Positions 55,565-64,000 of a stretch of 64,000 bases of DNA are shown one piece after another. Both the position numbers and the translations under genes were made by a program. The stretch is from Felis catus (lineage: Eukaryota): the NCBI RefSeq assembly GCF_018350175.1, contig NC_058368.1, forward strand, positions 72,294,001 to 72,358,000, read 5' to 3'. Position 1 is the first letter of the stretch. Each line of letters opens with the position of its first letter. The notes under the pieces are model-generated. The model was not told the DNA's origin. It worked only from the letters and a program-made list of their open reading frames with translations, and did not search any database.

Positions 55565-55715
55565 ATTGCTGAGAGTTTATGATGTGTGAAGCTAAGAGCT
55601 TTGCACGGATGACCTCACCTCCTTCTTGCCATGCCCCAGTTTGGCAGGTGTTGTTGCTCCTATTTTACAGGTGAAACTGACATTGAGAGATGGTAAGTGC
55701 CCTGCCCAAGGTCAC
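55565..55715 (-). mobile_element. MIR
   Basis: TATTTTACAGGTGAAACTGA...TGCCCAAGGTCAC core. Confidence 0.7.
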
Positions 55716-56060
55716 TTCCTGATCTTTGCCCCCATGATATTCAGTTGTCTATGTCTTTCAGTCTAACCATTCCGAAGCTTGGTGACTAGAATCTTCTTTC
55801 CCAGGTATCAGGGACAGAGATTCTCCAAATCTTGCCTCTCCCATGTCTAAGGAGTAAAACCCAATTCGCGCATGACTGCCCCTAGTGCTGCATTGCGAGT
55901 CCTTCTTAGCCACTCTCAAGCAAGCCTGTCATCAGTCCCCTTTGCTCATGAATTTTTATGGGCCAGATGCCTCTTTCCCTCTAATTGCTTGCAGAAAACG
56001 CAGGTGGCTGTGTTGTTTTCTCTCTCAAAGCAGCCTGGAACTTAATAAACTTTAAAGAAA

Positions 56061-56250
56061 GGGGGTGCCCAGGGGATTCAGTCAGTTAAGCATCAGTCTC
56101 TTGATTTTGGCTCAGGTCATGATCTCATGGTTGTGAGACTGAGCCCCAATCCCTGGGATTCTCTCTCTCCTTCTCCTTCTGACCCTACCATGCTCAAGCT
56201 CTCTAAATAAATAAGTAAATAAATAAATAAATGTTTAAAAAAAAAAAAAG
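56061..56250 (+). mobile_element. Can-SINE, internally deleted
   Basis: GGCTCAGGTCATGATCTC, (TAAA)n and poly-A tail. Confidence 0.9.
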
Positions 56251-57509
56251 AAGCAGCCTGAGTCTTATGTCTGCCTCAGCGATCAGCAGAACACATCATT
56301 TTAGCAGGAAAACTAAGACATCATTGAAATGTTGACCCCTGGGATCATAGCAGCAAGATCTGACTCTTTCTCCAAACGCACTTTTCTTTTGGGTGCTTAG
56401 TCATCTACATCTTGGCCCTTGCCGAATCAGGATGCAATGATGCAAAAACAGACTGTTACATGTATGGTCCAGTCTCGGCTGACTACAGGGGCCACCCAAG
56501 GCGGGCCACCAAGCAGAGGAAGCCAGACATCTCAAAGGGCCACCCCCAAGGCCAGCTCCTCCTTTCTCTGCCCCTTTTGTCAGCAACACTGATCAAAAAC
56601 AGAAAATGGTCCCCGCTCTTTAGACTGATTCTACGTCCCAAAACCCGAAGGAAAACCACATATTATTTTTTTCTGGTTCCTTCTACAAATGCCTCAAAAC
56701 TGTCCTCACTTCACTAAGAATTCTGTTTTGTTTCAGTTTTAATTGTGAAAATTGAATTTTCTCTCATTTGAAAACTCACTGGATTTGGAAAGGAATCCAG
56801 GATAGACTAGGATGGCTTTAACACTCCTTTGTTGTTATACCCTGCTTCCCAAACCAAACTGGCCCACCAACAGGAGAGGGCACTGGGCTGTATTTGTGCC
56901 ACTTAATCACTGTATCGATTACAAATTAGGGCAATCAGCCTCTCTCTATCCCCTAGTCCGAAAATCCAATCGATCCTTTGAACAAGCCCCTGCCATTCAC
57001 TCTGAGTTTGGGAAGGATATACATTTATAATTTTGTGACTTATTCCGGGTGCGGTGCAGGTGTAAGAACATTTTAAGAAAAGAATGTCAGAGATAAAAAT
57101 CACCAGAGGTGGATGGTGTTTATTTTGTAAGAAGGTTACATTTCTTAATCTTAATAGCCCGAAAAGGTCCTCCCTCTCTCCACAGACAGCAGAGCCTCCA
57201 GGGGTGTTCATCTCCCAAGAGTTCAGTGACAGGCATTTTATCTTGATAAACTGCTACTCTCATTTAAACATTATGAAAAATCAGAAAAGAAGATTATCTA
57301 TTTTTATTGTGGTTGCTTAATCTTGTAATGAATCTGCAAAGGACAAAGAAGATGGATGGTTTAAAATAGTGGTTGGCAAAACTTTAGCATATGGTCCTTA
57401 AATGGGATGGAAATTCAAAAGGAGTTACTTATTTCTTTTTCTGTGATCATTTAATTTTGTAATAGGGATCCATAAAGTTGGGACAAAGAAGGTGAAAAGT
57501 TTCCAAATA

Positions 57510-57950
57510 GTAGTTTCTAATGACTACTGAATCTTTGCATCATCCAGGGAGATATTTTTTAAAAAATTTTAAATGTTTTATTTATTTTTGAGATAGAGAG
57601 AGAGAGAGACAGAATGTGAGCAGAGGGGCAGAGAGAGGGGGAGACACAGCATCTGAAGCAGGCTCCAGGCTCTGAGCTGACCTCACAGAGCCAGACATCG
57701 GGCTAGAACCCACAAACTGTGAGATCATGACCTGTGCCAAAGTCAGATGCTTAACTAGCTGAGCCACCCAGGCATCCCCATCCAGGGAGATTCTTAAACA
57801 TTCTCAACCCCAGGCATCCTTCAAGTCAAACATACTAAGTCAGAACCTTCTGGGATGGAGTATTGGAAGCTGTACTTAAAAAAACGCTCCCCAGGCAATT
57901 CTAACACACTCTCCCAGAAGTGGTCCCAATTAGTGATGAGGTCACTGATA
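57510..57950. mobile_element. MER5-family MITE split by a SINE
   Basis: TCAGAACCTTCTGGGATGG...GCTCCCCAGGCAATTCTAA MER5 motifs flank the SINE. Confidence 0.55.
57554..57778 (-). mobile_element. Can-SINE
   Basis: TSD CATCCAGGGAGAT at 57541-57553 and 57779-57791. Confidence 0.95.
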
Positions 57951-59869
57951 TAGATGCTCAGAAGAGCTTTTTAACAACTCCAGAGTTTATACTTCAGAGT
58001 CAAGACTGGTTTTTGGAGGGGTGGGGGGAATACGAGAGACTAGTTATAAACAACTGAGACAAAACAGAATCTGAGACAAAATAGAAATCTGATTTATAAG
58101 TGTATGTACATGCAGTATATTCTATTCTTAAGTCTTCCTCAGAGAACTTCAGAATTTACTAAAAAAAAAAAGAACTAAATGGAATATACTTTATATACAA
58201 GAATAAGATTTTGGTTTTTGTCTTATGAAAAAGTAACTAAGAAATCTTTTACTTGGGTTTTCTACTATAACGTTTCAGTCTAGAATATACCTTGAAAATG
58301 GCTATTCATTTCTTGAAGTGAATAAAGCAAAAACAAATCGTGTAGTTCCACTAATTATTTTTTAATATTGCTTTAATTTTTACTTAATAAAAAGGAGAAA
58401 ATTGTTTTGAGGTTCCCCAGAGTTTAATATTTTTTTCTCCATAAAGTATTGATATATCAAACTGAGGGAAATGGAAATAATAATTCAAGGAAAGGGGTTT
58501 CCAAACCCAACAAGCTCTATTTCTAAAAATTTAAAGCCCTTATTCACAATATTCACTTTAATCTCTGTGTTTTAGCTCCTGGGAGGAATAGTTAAGGAAG
58601 TTTCCATACTTGAGAGATTCTCACTCCAGTTTTACATCATCCAGGATTTTTAAAATCTCCACTTTTATAATATATATTTATTGGTTTCTTAAGCTATCAC
58701 CGACTTGTATCTTGCCTGATAACATATATGTATCTTGTCTCATATAGGCTTCCATAATATGTCCTTTTTAGAAATAGTAAGTAACTTTTAAAATTCCTTC
58801 CTCTACTCCAGAAATGATCTGTGACACCTATGGATTTCATAATGACAACAGAGAACAGAGAGAGAAAATAATGAAGCAAATGGCAAACGGTTTCATCTAT
58901 AGATACCGTTGCCTGAAAGATGAAGAAATCATTAGTCGTTTTGTCTAGTCATAGCAAATATGAACAAAAACACCCACCATCACCCGAGCTTGAAGTCCTG
59001 GATTTATTTTCCACTATGCCCTCTCTTTCCTTCTGCTGGTTTGAACACCAGGATCTGTTAGCCTTTGTTCTGTTGATAAATCAACTACCCACTTCTCTGC
59101 TTCTATGATGAAAATCTGATTCCAGTTACTCATTCTCAAGACTGCACACCCAATTTCTCCAACATCTTCCTTCACTGACCCCCATTTTTATTTTGTTCCT
59201 TCTTCTTGACCTCATTCCTCAGCTCTTGGCATCACGTGTGGATGGCTATTATTAATATGCCTTAAACACTGGAATGTGATGGCTCTTAGCTTTTTTCTAT
59301 CATGTCTAAACCTTTCCCATTTTATAATGAATTCATGCATGATTTTAAATATCATGCTCTTTCTTGCCCTTTCTGGTTCTGTTGTGTTGTTTCCTTTACT
59401 TCCTAGACATGCAATGCTATCTCACTGTAGTTTGCGGAATCCTTTGAGAAATTACTGCATCTGTGGACCATGTCTCCTAAAATAGACACACAAAACTACT
59501 TTTGGCTAAAAATATTATATTGCTGTGATAGCTGGCATTGCTAGAAGGCTCGTAATGATAACTTTATTAAAGATAGTGACTTTCATTTCTTTAAGGTCCA
59601 TTTTTTTCTCAATCATGTTTCAAACAGCTGTTCTATTATTTACATACTTCACCTTTTCTTTGACTTGCCTAATATGGATTTCCTTATCTTTTTTTCTATT
59701 TCATTTTGTTTCCAACATCAGTATCATGCAACAATTGCCTTCTGGTATTTTGCAGAATTACACATTTTCAGAATAGTATTTTACTGCTTGCTGATATTTA
59801 ATTTTGTATATGAAGGCAGTTAAAGGCAGTCAAAATGTTCCCTTTGTAGACAGATAAACATTTTTTTCT

Positions 59870-60115
59870 CTTTTCCTTTCTTTTCTTTTCTTTACGAACA
59901 CCACTATAAGTCTGGTTAATATCCATCACCATAGCTCTTCACGATGTTTGTCCTGTGATGAGAACTTTTAATATCTACTTTCTTAGCAACTTTCAAATAT
60001 ACAACACAGTATAATTAACAGGCATCATCATGCCATGCATTATTACATCCATGACTTGTTTGTTTTATAACTGCAAGTTTACACTTTTGACCCCCTTTAC
60101 CCATCTTGCCCACCC
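59870..60115 (-). mobile_element. L1 3' terminal fragment (L1MA9/L1_Carn-like)
   Basis: GTGATGAGAACTTTTAATATCTACTTTCTTAGCAACTTTCAAATATAC signature. Confidence 0.85.
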
Positions 60116-61086
60116 AGAAACATTTTTTATCTTGATCATGATACTGATGGGATACTTTTCCCTTTCCAATTTTTCAGATGCAAAGTGTTCACTGGGCTAT
60201 AAGACATTAGCTACTTTCTGTTAATATTTCCTGGTCCATTATAAGCCACCTCCCTCTGCATATTTGGATTATATGTTTTCATCTAAAAGAAAACAGGGAT
60301 CACATTTCACTTCGAAGGAGGCTTCTCTGCTCCCTTGCTCTGATCTCCCCGTCAGAAAGAGCACTCCTTTGTGTGTGTGTGTTGGCTGCCTTCCAGACAT
60401 ATCACCCTGCTCCAAACAAAGTCTCTCCTCTCTTTCCTTTGCATAATTGGAGAGAAGTCCCACTCTCAGTCTCTGCAGACACTCTCCCTTTGGCCATGGT
60501 GTGCCGATCTTTGGTCTTCTCACCTCCTGACTCCCTCCACGGAAGCCCCAGTCCTGTGCCCCTCTCTGCACCCAGGGGTAAGTCCCTGTCCTTGTAGCAC
60601 ATTCCAGCTTACCTGTGTCTGTCCCGGGGTCTCATGGAGAAACTGCTTCAGAAGTCAACTTTAGACTTTACCCCTTCCAATGAAGGAGTTCTGCCTGGAG
60701 GTCTGTTCCTGGATTTTTTTGTACAAGTTGCAAGGGAACTGTGGCCTGAACCTTAGTTTTGCCCATCCGTTCCATCTGTCCAATTCCGTCTGTGCCGAAA
60801 CTACCAGAAATGCCTCGGAGTCCACACCCCACTGCCTTCCCCTCCCTGTGCCTGTGGGGTACAGGTTTCTCACTGTATAAAGTCCTTTGATCATTCTTTT
60901 CAAGTTTGAGTAGGAAGTAAAAACCAGAATTAGACTCCTGAGCTCAAACATCATCATTCATAAAAGACCTTGCATTTACTTACTATTTCCCACCCCACCC
61001 CAACTTACCACTACTGTAACATTATTATTTTGGTTTTACACTAACAAGTGTATTTTATTATCTTGATTTTAGATGAATTTGTTAAA

Positions 61087-61295
61087 GGGGTGCCTGGGTA
61101 GCTTAGTCAGTTAAGCATCTGACTTTGGCTCAGGTCATGATCTCATGGTTTGTGGGTTTGAGTCCTGCGTCGGGCTCTGTGCTAACAGCTCAGAGCCTGG
61201 AGTCTGCTTCAGATTGTGTGTCTCCCTCTCTCTCTGCCCCTCCCCCACTTGAATTCTGCCTCTCTCTCTTAAAATAAGTAAACATAATAAAAAAA
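61087..61295 (+). mobile_element. Can-SINE
   Basis: TSD TAGATGAAT(TT)GTTAAA. Confidence 0.93.
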
Positions 61296-62161
61296 TAGAT
61301 GAATGTTAAAGATCAACTCTACATAGTGAAAAGGTCATATACCCAAGATATTGTTTTATCTTCTTTAATTCCTGTAAAAAGAGGGTAGATGATCCACAAA
61401 TACTAAAAACAAGGCAGACTTACTGCAGATAGCATATTAAACATCTTATCCAAATTTATATCTCTAGGAAAACAACTTGAAGATACATATACAGTATATC
61501 CATAATATATATTATGTATCTCCATAATAACTTTGATAATCCATTTAATTTTGATTATCAAATACCTTTGATAATCCAGGAATATCATTGTTTGGAACTT
61601 ATTATGAATAAAAGACATCAATAAAAATAAATCCCTACACCCTACCTACCAGGACACTATAATGATGAAAACTGGAAATAACAAACTTCCAATGACAGAG
61701 GTATGGCCATAGAAGTGAGGCTATATTCATGGGGCATAGTCTTATACAGCTAGTTAGAATTTTTTTTAGTAAGAAACTGTATAGAGTGAAAAAAAATGCT
61801 TGTGCTGAATATTAAGTGGAAAAGCCAGTATAAAAATTATACAATGCCATTATTCCACTACACAAAGTCATGTAGTTTTAAAAAGGCATAGATAATAGAT
61901 AAAATAGATAAAAAGACATAACAAGTACATAGATATTATAATCACTTGTGTTCATTTGTTAGACTGTGGATGCTTATTCTCTTTTGTCTCCCATGTCTGT
62001 CATTTCCATCATGTCTGATTACCTTAAAATTCAAAGGATAAATTTAAAAATGTTTAATGACACAAAGACTTTTGAAGGTATAAAGTTTCTTGCATTGGTC
62101 TTTGAAGAAGATAAAATCATATAACATGTATAGTTAACCTTTAAAGTGTCGTTGGGGCGTT

Positions 62162-62373
62162 GGGGTCCCTGGGGGGGCTGAGTCGGTTAAGCTTCTCACC
62201 CTTAATTTCAGCTTGGGTCATGACCTCCCAGCTCCTGAGTTTGAGCCCTGCATTGAGCTCTGCCCTGACAGTGCAGAGCCTGCTTGGGATTCTCTCTCTC
62301 TCCCTCTGACCACCCCCCTCCCCCACCTCTCTCTCTCTCTCTCTTTCTCAAAATAAATAAAGCTTTACAAAAA
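62162..62373 (+). mobile_element. Can-SINE
   Basis: AGTCGGTTAAGC head, GAGCCTGCTTGGGATTCTCTC, A tail. Confidence 0.9.
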
Positions 62374-62716
62374 ATGTTGTTACCAGTTTTGGGAGACAAT
62401 TCATCATTTTTTTAAGCTCTGGCTCATAGTTTCCAAACCCAAACTAGCAAATATCCTATCTGTCCACTTGATTACATGGTTGCCTTTCCTGACAGATTTT
62501 AGGGTTCCTCACTGAACTCCCTGCTCCTGGCCGACCGCTCGGCTTATAAGTAGGATATAATGTTGTGGGGAAATGTGGTTTTTTTTTTTCTTCACAAACT
62601 GGAAATCCATTTGTGACTCTTCCCCTGAGATAATTTATATAGCATGAAAATTCTGAAATTATCCCAGCATCACTGATAAAGGATAAAAACAAATATGTAC
62701 ATGCATGCCCAGGTAT

Positions 62717-62718
<2 letters not shown>

Positions 62719-62759
<41 letters not shown>
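62719..62759. repeat. (AC)20 microsatellite
   Basis: Direct reading. Confidence 0.96.
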
Positions 62760-62761
<2 letters not shown>

Positions 62762-62983
62762 GTATGCTGGAAAGAGACACAAATGGAACACATTTCAAAG
62801 AAAGGCCATAAGCAAATAAGAAAATGCCACTCAAACTTTTGTCTCTAAACTGCAAAGAAATTATACAATTTTGAGTACTTCTTTTTTCTTTTAAAAGTAT
62901 TTTTCCTCTCTTGAATACCTTGCAAGCCATATCTAAAGTTATAACTGCATTACCACCATTTCACATGACCTGACTCATCTTCG

Positions 62984-63226
62984 TTTTTTTTTTTAATGTT
63001 TATTTATTCTTGAGAGAGAGAGAGACAGAGAGAGACAGAGAGAGAGACAGAGAGAGAGGAAGCAGGGGAGGGGCAGAGAGAGAGGGAGACACAGAATCCG
63101 AAGCAGGTTCTAGGTTCTGAGCTGTCAGCGCAGACCCCAATGCTGCGGGGCTGGAACCCATAAGCCCTGAGATCATGACCCGAAGCAAAGTTGAACACTT
63201 AACCGACTGAGCCACCCATGAGCCCC
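62984..63226 (-). mobile_element. Can-SINE
   Basis: TSD CTCATCTTC(A)GTTTT. Confidence 0.93.
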
Positions 63227-63543
63227 TCATCTTCAGTTTTTATACAGGTTCTAGCACTATCCTTATTAGGGACCCCACATCTCTTCTGCCAAGATGTCAC
63301 ATCTTCTATGAACAGAAAAGGGGTCCAATGAGCCTGTTCACTTTTTAATTTTCCTCTCAAGCCTGATTTTTCCTTCACTTTATCTGGCCTTAGCAATAGC
63401 TGGGTGAAAATATACCACAGAAGAATAAAAATCCAACCTAGAAAGTCCCACAGAATAAAACCCAATCAATTAGGAAGTCGATTTTTGTTGGAGAGGTTTG
63501 AGAAGCCATGATTCTTATTTAGAACAGTTGAAACTTAATCTTT

Positions 63544-63762
63544 TTAAAAAATTTTCTTTTTAATGTTTATTCACTTTTGAGAAAGAGAGAGACAGAGTAT
63601 GAGCAGGGGAGGGGCAGAGAGAGAGAAGACACAGAATCCCAAGCAGGCTCCAGGCTCTGAGCTGTCAGCACAGAGCCCCATTCAGGGCTGGAACTCGTGA
63701 ACTGTGAGATCATGACCTGAGCGGAAGTTGGACACTTAACCCGCTGAGCCACCCAGGTGCCC
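63544..63762 (-). mobile_element. Can-SINE
   Basis: Perfect TSD TGAAACTTAATCTTT at 63529-63543 and 63763-63777. Confidence 0.95.
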
Positions 63763-64000
63763 TGAAACTTAATCTTTGAATGTAAAAAGCCACTGTTGCC
63801 ATATACCAGCCTGGGGAATAACTGTCATAGACCACCCTGTCCTTTCCTACTTAATATCGAATCAAATCACAGTCGTAGCTATAAAAATGTGAAGCATAAA
63901 CTGTAAAAGAATAGCCTCCTGTTAATTTCCTATCCCTATTAAAGGTCTTCTCCTCCGACCTTGGCCTCCATATACAGCACAGTCAATCACTGGTACCCAC

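Overview
This is mammalian genomic DNA, almost certainly from a cat-family (Felidae) species: it carries about 27 Can-SINE copies, several with the diagnostic young SINEC_Fc head. The whole window appears to lie within the 5' part of NALCN (sodium leak channel, non-selective), transcribed on the minus strand. I reconstructed six exons with canonical GT-AG boundaries and consistent phases, numbered as in human: exon 2 (46617-46763, ATG at 46724), exon 3 (45088-45270), exon 4 (29259-29342), exon 5 (27972-28111), exon 6 (27761-27889) and exon 7 (11828-11982). They splice to an open frame for residues 1-266: the N-terminus, domain I S1-S5 and the extracellular turret. The non-coding exon 1 and promoter are probably beyond position 64000, as no CpG island is visible, and exon 8 lies before position 1. 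The rest is intron with Can-SINEs, L1, L2, CR1/L3, MIR, MaLR/ERVL LTRs, DNA-transposon relics and microsatellites. I see no evidence of a new gene or an undescribed biological system. The observations most worth checking are a SINE nested in a SINE, an L1 with a twin-priming-type inversion, inverted SINE arrangements around exons, a weak exon 7 donor, an 82-nt intron and two perfect inverted repeats. Repeat subfamily names and human comparisons come from recalled consensus sequences, not from a search.
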